Shown piece by piece: positions 41,443 to 50,448 of a stretch of 64,000 bases of DNA. The notes under the pieces are model-generated. The model did not search any database and was not told the origin of the DNA. It saw only the letters and a program-made list of their open reading frames with translations. The number at the start of each line of letters is the position of its first letter. The stretch's first letter is position 1. Made by a program: the position numbers and the translations under genes. This DNA comes from an uncultured delta proteobacterium. GTDB taxonomy: Bacteria; Myxococcota_A; Polyangia; Fen-1088. The stretch spans positions 1,248,001 through 1,312,000 of the forward strand of contig CAVYGB010000002.1 in the NCBI GenBank assembly GCA_963767925.1, read 5' to 3'.

Positions 41443-42468
41443 ATGAGGAGGTTGCGGAACATGACGCGACAGCGGAGCCTGGGTTTCGTGGGGATCGTGC
41501 TGGCCGGCATCGTCGGAGGCTGCCAGCCGATCGAGGCGGAGGTGGACGACTTCCGGAACGGCGTGCCTCGACAGGAGACCGTCGAGATGAAGGTGCCGGC
41601 CCGGGCTGGCCAGGCGCTCACCGCCGAGGCCGACGGCGAGACCCTGGCTGCCCTGCGCGGCCAGACCGCCGACTTTTACCAGCTCACCCGGGCGGTGAGC
41701 GTGGTGGTCAACGGAGGCGGCGCGCTCGCCCTGGTGCTGATCAAGACGATCGTCGCGCAGCCGCCCAGCAGCGTCGCGGGCGACACCGCCGTCTGGGGCC
41801 CCGGCCACGGCCCCCTCGACCCGGTCACCTGGAAGCTCACCGTGAAACACCTCGGCGACCACGAATACAGCTACCAGCTCGCGGGGCGCTCCCGCCTGAA
41901 GCCCGACGCAGACTTCACCGTCGTGCTCTCGGGCGCCCACACCGCCTCGGTCGACAGCGACGGGCGGGCCATCGAGGGCTTCGGCAGCGGCGACTTTACC
42001 CTCGACTGGGACGCGCGGGCCAAGTTGCCCGGCGCCGGGAAGGAGGTGGGCAGCGCCCACTACACCTACGCCCGGGCCAGCGCCGGCGCCACCGTCGAGA
42101 TCGACGCCGACTTCCGCCAGGTCGACGACGACAACCGCCCCGGCCAGCGGGTCGACGTCGGCTACCGCTTCCGCTCGACGCCCGGCGCGGGCGGCAGCAT
42201 GCAGTTCGTCCACGCCGTGCCCGCGCAGATGGCCGCAAACGGCGGGCGCTGGGCGGTCAAGAGCCGCTGGACCCAGGACGGCGCCGGCCGCTCCGACGTC
42301 CGCGCCACCGGCGGCGACCTGCCGTCCACCTTCGAGGCCACCGCCAGCGAGTGCTGGGACACCGGCTTCGACAGCGTCTTCTTCCAGGCCAGCTGGCCCC
42401 GGGCCCCAAGCTACGGCGCCGAGCCGACCGACTGCGTGTTCAAGACCGCGGAGCACTCCACCCTCTGA
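41443..42468 (+). CDS. Lipoprotein (paralogue of 45510..46469)
   Basis: Lipobox IVGGC; FYQLTR...N, VWGP, KSRWTQDGAGRSD, ECWD, CVF. Confidence 0.8.
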   Translation: MRRLRNMTRQRSLGFVGIVLAGIVGGCQPIEAEVDDFRNGVPRQETVEMKVPARAGQALTAEADGETLAALRGQTADFYQLTRAVSVVVNGGGALALVLIKTIVAQPPSSVAGDTAVWGPGHGPLDPVTWKLTVKHLGDHEYSYQLAGRSRLKPDADFTVVLSGAHTASVDSDGRAIEGFGSGDFTLDWDARAKLPGAGKEVGSAHYTYARASAGATVEIDADFRQVDDDNRPGQRVDVGYRFRSTPGAGGSMQFVHAVPAQMAANGGRWAVKSRWTQDGAGRSDVRATGGDLPSTFEATASECWDTGFDSVFFQASWPRAPSYGAEPTDCVFKTAEHSTL

Positions 42469-42522
42469 TGTGAACGGGGACGGTGCTGGGTCGGGCCGCT
42501 CCGACCCGCCGCCGTTTCGCCG

Positions 42523-43047
42523 ATGCCGAACCACCCCTACCTCACCGTCGTGACCCCGGGCGCCGCCGCGCGCGACCCTCTGCGGGAGCTGTACGAGAAA
42601 TACGGTGGGAGCGTGTACGGCCGCTGCCTCTACCTGCTCAAGGAGCGATCGAAAGCCGAGGACGCCATGCAAGAGGTGTTTGCCAGAGCCTTCCAGCACT
42701 ACGAAGGATTCCGGGCCGAGTCCTCGCCGCTCACCTGGCTGTTCAAGATCGCCACCCACCACTGCCTCAACGTGCTCCGCGCGGAGAAGGCCGGCTGGCG
42801 CGAGCGCTTCGCCACCGAGGAGCGGCAGCGCGGCGAGGGGCACGGTGGCCCCCAGGTGTTCGAGCTGCGCGACCAGGTCCGGCGGATCCTGGCCCGCTTC
42901 GACCTCGAGACCCAGGCCGCCGCCATCCACTACTACGTCGACGAGATGACCCTCGACGAGGTGGCCCAGCTCCTGGGCCGCTCGGTCCCCACCGTGCGCA
43001 AGCGCCTGCAGGCCTTCGCCGCCGCCGCCGGCAAGGAGGGCCCGTGA
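42523..43047 (+). CDS. ECF RNA polymerase sigma factor
   Basis: Region 2 AEDAMQEVFARA, TWLFKIATHHCLN; region 4 MTLDEVAQLLGRSVPTVRKRL. Confidence 0.93.
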   Translation: MPNHPYLTVVTPGAAARDPLRELYEKYGGSVYGRCLYLLKERSKAEDAMQEVFARAFQHYEGFRAESSPLTWLFKIATHHCLNVLRAEKAGWRERFATEERQRGEGHGGPQVFELRDQVRRILARFDLETQAAAIHYYVDEMTLDEVAQLLGRSVPTVRKRLQAFAAAAGKEGP

Positions 43048-43883
43048 CCTCGGTGAAAGAAGCCTCCGGCGGGTCGTTGACCCGCGACGGCTCGACCCAC
43101 GTCGGCGAGCTGCGCCTGCGCCGCTTCCGCCTGGGTGAGCTGACCGGCGAGGAGCACCAGCAGGTGGCCCGCCACACCGGCGACTGCAGCGGCTGCCGAA
43201 CCCGCCTCGACGCCCTGGCCGACGAGCAGCGGGCCTTCGAGCACGAGATCCCCCTGGCCCGCTTCTCCGGAGGGGTCGAGCGCGCCGCCCGGGTCCCCCG
43301 CCCCGTCGCCCGCCCGCGCCGCCGCTGGCTGGCGGGCGCCCTCACCGCCGCGGCCGCCGCCGCCGGCCTGCTGCTGCTGTTCCGGCCGGCCGGCGAGGTC
43401 GACGGTGGCCGCAACCGGCTCAAGGGCGCGGGACCGCCGGTGGCGAGCATCCGCATCGCCGCCGCCGACGGCAGCACGCAGCGCTCGGCCCCCGCCGGGG
43501 TGAGCGTGCGCCTGTCGGCGGGCGAGCGGCTGCGCCTCGGCTACCGGGTGGCAGAGCCGGCCCACCTGGTGGTGCTGTCGCTCGACGACGCCGGCCACAT
43601 CACCCCCCTCTACCCGGAGCGGGGCACCAGCTTGCCGGTGGCGCCCCCCGCCGATCCCGCCGCCACCTTCGACTACCTCCCCGACAGCGTGGAGCTGACC
43701 GGAGCGGGGCGCGAGCGCGTCTTCCTGTTCCTCGCCAGCCGGCCCTTCCAGGTGGATGACGCGGCGGCCGCGACCCGGACCGCGTACCAGCGGTCGGGCC
43801 GCGGCGATCTCGGTAAGATGGAACCCCCCGGCCTGGCCTCGAGCCCGGCCGAGGTCTGGAGCTGGCTGTTCTTCAAGCCGTGA
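43044..43883 (+). CDS. Anti-sigma factor: zf-HC2 (ZAS), TM and periplasmic DUF4384-like domain
   Basis: GTG overlaps the sigma stop; HTGDCSGC (HxxxCxxC); TM LAGALTAAAAAAGLLLL; RLKG; GERLRLGY...VVLSLDDAG.ITPLYP...SVEL...ERVFL. Confidence 0.8.
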   Translation: MTSVKEASGGSLTRDGSTHVGELRLRRFRLGELTGEEHQQVARHTGDCSGCRTRLDALADEQRAFEHEIPLARFSGGVERAARVPRPVARPRRRWLAGALTAAAAAAGLLLLFRPAGEVDGGRNRLKGAGPPVASIRIAAADGSTQRSAPAGVSVRLSAGERLRLGYRVAEPAHLVVLSLDDAGHITPLYPERGTSLPVAPPADPAATFDYLPDSVELTGAGRERVFLFLASRPFQVDDAAAATRTAYQRSGRGDLGKMEPPGLASSPAEVWSWLFFKP

Positions 43884-45499
43884 GCGCGCGCCGGTTCGTC
43901 TTCGCCGCTGTCCTGTTGCTCGCCGCCGGGCGGGTACAGGCGCAGCCGCAGCCGCAGTCGACCCTGCGCCGGTTCGCGCTCATCGCCGGCAACAACGAGG
44001 GCGGCCCCGATACCCGCCCGCTGCTCTACGCCACCGGCGACGCCCGCAAGATCCACGGCGTCCTCACCGAGCTCGGCGGGGTGGCCCCCGGCGACGCCGC
44101 CCTCCTGCTCGACGGCACCGCCGGCGACTTCCTCGGCGCCCTCGCCGCCCTCGAGGGCCGGGCCGCCCAGGCCGCCCGCCAGGGCCAGCGCACCAGCCTC
44201 ATCGTCTATTACTCCGGCCACGCCAAGGAGGGCGCCCTGCGCCTGGGCGGCAGCCGGGTCGATCTGGAGGCCCTCAAGCTGCGCCTGGCCGACGGCAGCC
44301 CGGCCCACGTCCGCATCGGCATCTTCGACGCCTGTCGGTCGGGCGTGGTCAACCGGACCAAGGGCGCGCGGCGGGGGCCCGGCTTCGAGATCCAGGCCGA
44401 CGGGGCCCACGACGCCCGCGGCCTGGTGCTGCTGACCTCCTCGAGCGCCGACGAGGACTCGCAGGAGTCGGACGCCATCGCCGGCAGCTACTTCTCGCAC
44501 CACCTGATGAGCGGGCTGCGCGGCAGCGCCGACCGCAGCGGCGACCGCCGGGTCACCCTGTCGGAGGCCTACGAATACGCCTACGCCCGCACCGTCGCCG
44601 AGACCGCGGAGACCGCCTCCGGCGCCCAGCACCCCACCTTCGACTACGACCTCAAGGGCAACGGCAACCTCGTGCTCTCCGAGCTCGGCAGCCGGGGCGA
44701 AGGCCTCTACCTGCCCGCCGGGGCGCCCGCCGGCATCTATTACCTGGTGGAGTCGGGGCGGGGCGTGGTGAGCGCCGAGGTGCTGAAGCTGGCCAACGTC
44801 GACCGGGTCATCGCCCTGTCGGCCGGGCGCTACCAGGTCAAGCGGCGGCTGCCCGATCGCCTGCGCCTGGGCCAGGTGCAGGTCCCGAGCGGACGGCTCG
44901 TCACCCTCGAGGAGGCGAGCCTGCGCGACGCCCCCTTCTCCGACGATCCGGTCAAGGGCGCCGCCGCCGACCTGTCCCGCCTGGGGATCGGGATGGGGGC
45001 CACCGTGCAGTCCTTCTTCGACGCCCCCACCCGGGCGGGGCTGTTCCCACCCACCGGCCTGCTCAGCGCCGAGCTCACCTTGCGCCACTTCTTCCGGCGC
45101 GACTGGGTGTGGGCCGTCGACCTGGCCGCCGGCAGCACCCGCGCCACCCTCGTGCGCGAGCCCTTCGGCGCCCGCCTCCCCTTCCGCTTCACCGAGCTCG
45201 ACCTCGGCAGCTCGCTGTTCGCCGAGTGGCCGTTGCTGGGCGGCCGGCTCACGCCCTTCTTCGGCGGGCGCCTCGCCTTCCTCCTCCTGCAGCGCACCTT
45301 CGAAGGGGAGGCCGCTGGCATCCCCGAGCAGCACCTGTCGACCTTCTCGCCGGGCCTGCTGGCGGGCCTGCGCTACCGCCTGGGCCTCGGCCTCAGCGTC
45401 GCCGCCCGGGCCCGCGTCCACTACCTCCTTTACAACGTCGACGAGAACCGCTCCCTGGGCTACTGGGAGCTGGCCGGCGTCGTCCTCTACGAGCTGTGA
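43880..45499 (+). CDS. Exported caspase-family (peptidase C14) protein with C-terminal beta-barrel-like domain
   Basis: Signal peptide; RFALIAGNN; catalytic His in YYSGHA and Cys in FDACRSG; SQESD...SYFSHHL; GAQHP; amphipathic strands ending LAGVVLYEL. Confidence 0.88.
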   Translation: MSARRFVFAAVLLLAAGRVQAQPQPQSTLRRFALIAGNNEGGPDTRPLLYATGDARKIHGVLTELGGVAPGDAALLLDGTAGDFLGALAALEGRAAQAARQGQRTSLIVYYSGHAKEGALRLGGSRVDLEALKLRLADGSPAHVRIGIFDACRSGVVNRTKGARRGPGFEIQADGAHDARGLVLLTSSSADEDSQESDAIAGSYFSHHLMSGLRGSADRSGDRRVTLSEAYEYAYARTVAETAETASGAQHPTFDYDLKGNGNLVLSELGSRGEGLYLPAGAPAGIYYLVESGRGVVSAEVLKLANVDRVIALSAGRYQVKRRLPDRLRLGQVQVPSGRLVTLEEASLRDAPFSDDPVKGAAADLSRLGIGMGATVQSFFDAPTRAGLFPPTGLLSAELTLRHFFRRDWVWAVDLAAGSTRATLVREPFGARLPFRFTELDLGSSLFAEWPLLGGRLTPFFGGRLAFLLLQRTFEGEAAGIPEQHLSTFSPGLLAGLRYRLGLGLSVAARARVHYLLYNVDENRSLGYWELAGVVLYEL

Positions 45500-45509
45500 G
45501 GCCTCGACC

Positions 45510-46469
45510 ATGAACCTCCGCCACCTCCGCCCTGCCCCGCCGGCCGCCCGGGCCGCGCCGCCGGCTGTCTTCGCGATCGCCGTGGCTGTCGCCGTCGCTG
45601 TCACGGCCAGCGCCTGCGGCAACTACTCCAACGACGACCTCGACTTCCAGCTCGCCGTCCCCAAGCGCGAGGAGCTGGTGGCCAAGCTGCCCACCCAGGC
45701 GCTGGTCACCCCCGAGGCCACCGCCGAATATTACCGAGCCACCCGCGAGGGGGCCGTCAACTTCAACAACGCCGTCGTCGAGCTGACCGCCCTGGTGGAC
45801 GACGTGCGCGTGTTGCCCCCCTCCGGCCGCGACGGCGACGAGCGCACCTGGGGCCCGTTTCGCCACCGGCTCGATCGCGACTGGGAGATCCGCCTGCGCA
45901 TGGCTCGCGCCCCCCAGGCTGGCGAGCCCGGCTTCCGCTACGTCTTCGAGTTCCACCGGGTAGGAGCGCCCGCCAGCCCCTGGCAGCCGCTGCTGAGTGG
46001 AGCCTTCGGCCTCGGCCGGGGACACGGCGAGCTGGTCCTCGATCTCGCCCAGGCCCGCCGCAGCGGCTATCCCGTGGCGGAGTTCAAGGACCTGCAACGC
46101 CTGACCCTGCGCTACCAGCGGCGCCAGCCCCCCTTCACGGTCGAGCTCGCGCTCGAGACGGTGGCCGAGAGCCCCGACCCCGAGGCGACCTACCGCTACG
46201 CCGAGAACCCCGACGGCTCGGGCAGCCTGTCGTTCGTCTGGCGCCTGCGCGACAACCTGCTGGCCCAGGCCGCCGAGATCCGCAGCCGCTGGAACCCCGC
46301 CGGCGCCGGCCGCGCCGACGCCCGCATCGTCGAGGGCCTGGCCGCCATGGGCAACGCGCTGGGCATCGACTGCTGGGGCCCCGACGGCCGCGCCACGTAT
46401 GTCTTGCGCGAATACGGCATGCGCCGCGAGGAAGGCGCCCCCACGAGCTGCGTCTTTCAGGGTTTCTAG
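45510..46469 (+). CDS. Lipoprotein (paralogue of 41443..42468)
   Basis: Lipobox TASAC; YYRATR...N, TWGP, RSRWNPAGAGRAD, DCWG, CVF. Confidence 0.8.
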   Translation: MNLRHLRPAPPAARAAPPAVFAIAVAVAVAVTASACGNYSNDDLDFQLAVPKREELVAKLPTQALVTPEATAEYYRATREGAVNFNNAVVELTALVDDVRVLPPSGRDGDERTWGPFRHRLDRDWEIRLRMARAPQAGEPGFRYVFEFHRVGAPASPWQPLLSGAFGLGRGHGELVLDLAQARRSGYPVAEFKDLQRLTLRYQRRQPPFTVELALETVAESPDPEATYRYAENPDGSGSLSFVWRLRDNLLAQAAEIRSRWNPAGAGRADARIVEGLAAMGNALGIDCWGPDGRATYVLREYGMRREEGAPTSCVFQGF

Positions 46470-46486
46470 CGCACCGGAAGGTCTGA

Positions 46487-46669
46487 CCGGAGACCCCTCA
46501 CCCCTCCCTCTCCCCGCTGCGCGGGGCGAGGGCGAACGGACAACGGGGTGCAGAGATCTCCAACGCGTCCGCCCTGGATTGCCCGCTCGGACGATGAGCG
46601 GGGCTCCTCGCCAGGTGTTCGCCCTCGCCCCGCGGCAGCGGGGTACAGGGAGGGGTGAGGGGCTCCGGC
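46487..46669. mobile_element. MITE/REPIN-like element copy C, between convergent genes (may act as a bidirectional terminator)
   Basis: Arms 46494-46537 (identical to the left arm of copy B) and 46617-46662; 79-bp core. Confidence 0.75.
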
Positions 46670-46703
46670 GTGCGCTGGCGGGAGCCTTCGTCTCTGACCA
46701 GCG

Positions 46704-48221
46704 CTACTTCACGCGGTTGTCGACGATCGCCCGCAAGACCCGCGTATCGAAGGGCTTCTCCAGCCGCGGGCTCGTGCTCTGCTCGAGGAAGCGACGGGCC
46801 GCCACCGTGAACGCACCCCCCGTCAGGAAGATCATCCGACCCGCCTGCTCGGGCAGCTCCACCTGCAGCACCTGGTGCAGGTCCATCCCGGTCATCTGCG
46901 GCATCATCAGATCGCAGAAGATGACGTCGTACCGCTCGCCCGCCCGCAGCCAGGCCAGCGCCTCGGCCGCCCGGGTGGTGGTGACCACCTCGTGGGCCGG
47001 GGCCAGCGTCCGGGCGATCGCGCTGTTGATGGTCGGCTCATCGTCCACCACCAGCACCCTCCCGCGCCGGCGGGCCTCGTCGGGCGCCTTCGGCTCAGCG
47101 ACAACCTTGGGGGCGGCCGGCAGCCGTAGCTGCACGATCAGCCGACCGGGGAGGGTCTCGACGTCGAGCTGTCCCCCCAGGTGCTGCAGGAGCCCGCGCC
47201 CCACCCGCAGCCCCGCCGGACCCGCTTCCGGGCCCGACCCGGCAAAGCCGGTGAACAGGCGCAGGTCGGGCGGATCGGGCAGGTCGGGCCCGCTGCCCGC
47301 GATCTCGACCAGGACCCGCCCCGCCCCGTCGTGGCGGGTCGACAGCCGGATGAGGTTGTCGCAGGTGCGGTCGGGGCTCAGCGAGCGCGCCATCCCCAGG
47401 AGGAAGTTGAAGAGGATCTGCCCCAGGCTCGGTGCGTTCGCGAGCACCTGCGGCACCTGGCGGTAGTCCCGCTCGAGCCGGGCCCGGTGGCGGATCTCGT
47501 GGCCGGCCAGCCGCACGCAGCCGTCCAGCAGCACCTCGACGTCGAGGGCCCGCAGCCGATCCGCCTCCCGGGCGGAGAACGCCCCCAGGTCGCGCACGAG
47601 CTGGCGCACCCGTTCGGTGGCCTCGCGGGCCGATCGCAGATCTTCGGCCAGCTCGGCGGTCTGGAAGGGACCCGGGCTGCCCCCGCGCCCTGCCGCCCCC
47701 GCCACCCGGTTGCTCGCCATCTCCAGGCTGGTCACCGCCGCCGCCAGGGGATTGTTGATCTCGTGCACCACCCCCTCGACCAGCAGGCCCACCGCCGTGA
47801 TCCGGTCGGGCGTCGGGGCGGACCGGCCGCGGCCCCGTTCGGTCACGTCCTCGGCGAAGCAGACCACCGCGCCCAGCGCCGGGTCGGCCAGCCGGTTGAC
47901 CAGCCGGACCTCGAAGGTGCGGCGGTCACCGCTGCCGTGCTGGCCGAGGAGCTGGGCGCTCTCGGACCCCTCGGGTGCCTGTCCGGACAGGCAAGCCCCC
48001 AGCAACCGGGCGAACCCATCGGCGTCCCTCGAGCCGAGGCAGTCGACGAGGCTCTTGCCCTGGCAGTCGCCAACCGGCCGCCCGAGCTGACGCTCGAGGG
48101 CGCCGCCGATGTGGGTCACCCGGCCGTCCCGATCGAGCAGCGCCACCACCTGGGGACTGCTCTCGATCATCGCCCGGAACCGCTGCTCGCTGGCCCCCGG
48201 TATCACGTCATGCGCCTTCAC
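46704..48221 (-). CDS. Hybrid PAS-HisKA-(degenerate HATPase)-REC signalling protein
   Basis: PAS (FRAMIESS...DRDGRV), H-box VHEINNPL, REC (LVVDDE, DVIFCDLMMP, FLTG, LEKPF). Confidence 0.88.
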   Translation of the reverse strand: MKAHDVIPGASEQRFRAMIESSPQVVALLDRDGRVTHIGGALERQLGRPVGDCQGKSLVDCLGSRDADGFARLLGACLSGQAPEGSESAQLLGQHGSGDRRTFEVRLVNRLADPALGAVVCFAEDVTERGRGRSAPTPDRITAVGLLVEGVVHEINNPLAAAVTSLEMASNRVAGAAGRGGSPGPFQTAELAEDLRSAREATERVRQLVRDLGAFSAREADRLRALDVEVLLDGCVRLAGHEIRHRARLERDYRQVPQVLANAPSLGQILFNFLLGMARSLSPDRTCDNLIRLSTRHDGAGRVLVEIAGSGPDLPDPPDLRLFTGFAGSGPEAGPAGLRVGRGLLQHLGGQLDVETLPGRLIVQLRLPAAPKVVAEPKAPDEARRRGRVLVVDDEPTINSAIARTLAPAHEVVTTTRAAEALAWLRAGERYDVIFCDLMMPQMTGMDLHQVLQVELPEQAGRMIFLTGGAFTVAARRFLEQSTSPRLEKPFDTRVLRAIVDNRVK

Positions 48222-48473
48222 GACCGGTCGGGCGCCGGACCGCCCGCGACGGGCGCCAGGGGGCGAGGCCTGCGGCCTGATTGGAGGTTCGGGCGGGAGC
48301 TTTCACCATGGATGCGGGTTCCGGGACGGCTGTTGACGAATGGCCGCGCATCCTAATGGCACGCTGTCGGGATCTGATTCAGTATTCCGCTGACTCGGTT
48401 GTCAGTGTTCGTCCTACTTAAATAATCCCCAAAAGCCGACTCCGGTATGACCGCCAGCCCCACAAACGGGTAT

Positions 48474-49118
48474 TCATTCCACCAGCCCGGCGCGCAAGGC
48501 GTAGCCCATGAGCTGGGCGGTGGTGCGCATGCGCATTTTCTCCAGAATGCGGGCCCGGTACGTGCTGATGGTCTTCTCGCTCAGGCGCAGCTCGGCCGCG
48601 ATCTCCTTGACCGTCTGGCCGGTGGCCAGCAAGCGCAGCACCTGGTGCTCGCGGGTCGACAGCAGCTCGTGCGCCGCCCGCGCCCCCTTGGCCAGGCCGG
48701 CCGCCAGGCTCTCGGCCACGTCGGCGCTCATGTAGCGGCCACCGACCAGGACCTTCTTGGCCGCCGCCAGCAGCTCCTCGGCGGTGTTCTCCTTGGTGAT
48801 GTAGCCCACTGCCCCCGCGCGGAAGGCCCGCACGGTGTAGGCCCCTTCCCCCTGCACCCCCAGCATCAACACCCGCAGGCCCGGCCGCAGCCGGGTGGCG
48901 TCCTTGAGCAGGTCGAAGCCGCCCCGGCCCGGCAGCGAGACGTCCACCACCACGAGGTCCCAGGCGCCGGTCCGGATGAGCTGCAGCGCCTCGACCGAGG
49001 TCCCTGCCTCGCCGAAGGTGACTGTCCCCAGGCCCTCGGCGAACACCTGGCGCAGTCCCCGCCTGACGACGGCGTGGTCATCCACCAGCAATATTCGCAA
49101 ACGGGACACCCCGCTCAT
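48474..49118 (-). CDS. NarL/FixJ-family response regulator (REC plus LuxR HTH)
   Basis: LVDDHAVVRRGL, VVDVSLPG, GYITK, LSTREHQVL, LSEKTISTYRARILEKM. Confidence 0.94.
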   Translation of the reverse strand: MSGVSRLRILLVDDHAVVRRGLRQVFAEGLGTVTFGEAGTSVEALQLIRTGAWDLVVVDVSLPGRGGFDLLKDATRLRPGLRVLMLGVQGEGAYTVRAFRAGAVGYITKENTAEELLAAAKKVLVGGRYMSADVAESLAAGLAKGARAAHELLSTREHQVLRLLATGQTVKEIAAELRLSEKTISTYRARILEKMRMRTTAQLMGYALRAGLVE

Positions 49119-49383
49119 GCGCTGGTCGCACCTCCCCTCTCGACCCGCCGCTGGAAAAACCGCGAGCCCTGCCTGTAGACCCCTTCGTTGTCGTCTACCG
49201 ATATGTGCCGGCTGACCGAGTGGGTTCCGAGACCCATCCTCCCGCTCCGGGTCGTTGCAGACCGGAACCCCTGTTGTTGTTGCCGGCAGGACCGGCGGAC
49301 GCGTTGGGCCTAGATCAATCGAAAGTGTCGACTTTGTCGAGCACTGTTACGCGGAAGTGTCCGCCGGCGTTTGCCCAGGCACG

Positions 49384-50241
49384 TCAACGCTGACAACGGG
49401 GGCAGAAGAACGTCGAGCGCGCAGCATCCACCCGCCGGCGAATGTACGCGCCGCAGGCGGCGCAAGGTTTTCCCTCGCGACCGTATACGAGCAAAGCAGC
49501 GGAATTTTCCCCGGGCGTGCCGTCAGCATCGACGTAGTCCCGTAACGTGGTGCCACGATTGGTGATCCCCTGCTCGAGCACGGTGCGGATGGCATCGAAC
49601 AGGGCGTTTGCCCGGGCCCGGGTTCGCAGGGCCGGTGTGCTCGGGGCAACACCGGCCCGGAACAGCGCCTCACACACGTAGATGTTGCCCAGGCCGGCGA
49701 CCCGCCGCTGATCCAGCAGGAAGCTCTTGATGGGCGCGCGGCTGGTGGCGAGCGCGGCGATGAAGGCGGGGGCATCGAGCTCGCTGAGCGGGTCGGGCCC
49801 CAGCTCGGCCAGCTCGGGCACCGTGGACAGATCGCGGGCCGCGCCCACCCAGCCGAACCGGCGGGGGTCGACGAAGCGCAGGTCGAGCGGCCGCGCGCGC
49901 GCCGTCTCCAGCTTCCACACGAGGTGCGTGTGGGGGGCGCGGGGCGCGTCCGCCTCGACGATCTGCAGGCGTCCGGTCATCCCCAGGTGCACGACGACGC
50001 CGGGGCCCGACCCGTGGGCTGCGCCGCTGCGTGGCTCGCCGAGGTCGAGGATGAGATATTTCCCCCGCCGGCGAACCGCCTGCACCGAAGCGCCCACCGA
50101 CAGCCGCCGGATCGCCGCCACGTCGGGCGGGCGTCCCAGGCGCAGGGGGAGACGGCTCCACCAGAAGCTGGCGAGCGAGGCGCCCACCAGGCGCCCGCGC
50201 AAGGAACGAACCAGGGTCTCGACCTCGGGCAGCTCAGGCAT
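49384..50241 (-). CDS. mutM: Formamidopyrimidine-DNA glycosylase
   Basis: MPELPEVET, RRGKY, HLGMTG, DPRRFG, LLDQ, GLGNIY, C-terminal zinc finger CAAC...CPRCQ. Confidence 0.97.
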   Translation of the reverse strand: MPELPEVETLVRSLRGRLVGASLASFWWSRLPLRLGRPPDVAAIRRLSVGASVQAVRRRGKYLILDLGEPRSGAAHGSGPGVVVHLGMTGRLQIVEADAPRAPHTHLVWKLETARARPLDLRFVDPRRFGWVGAARDLSTVPELAELGPDPLSELDAPAFIAALATSRAPIKSFLLDQRRVAGLGNIYVCEALFRAGVAPSTPALRTRARANALFDAIRTVLEQGITNRGTTLRDYVDADGTPGENSAALLVYGREGKPCAACGAYIRRRVDAARSTFFCPRCQR

Positions 50242-50448
50242 GGCGGTGACTCCGGAAAGGGTCGCCGGCGGAACGCGGGACGGGGCCGGGGTGGCCGGCG
50301 GGACGCGAGGGCCACGGCGGGGTTGCGGGCGGAACGAGAGACGAGGCGGTCGTGGCCGGCGAGAGGCGAGGCCGGGCGGGGGCCGCGGGCGGAGGCTGTC
50401 GGGCGGGCACGGCGCGCGCGGGGCGGGGGCCGGGCGCGGGCAGCGGGT

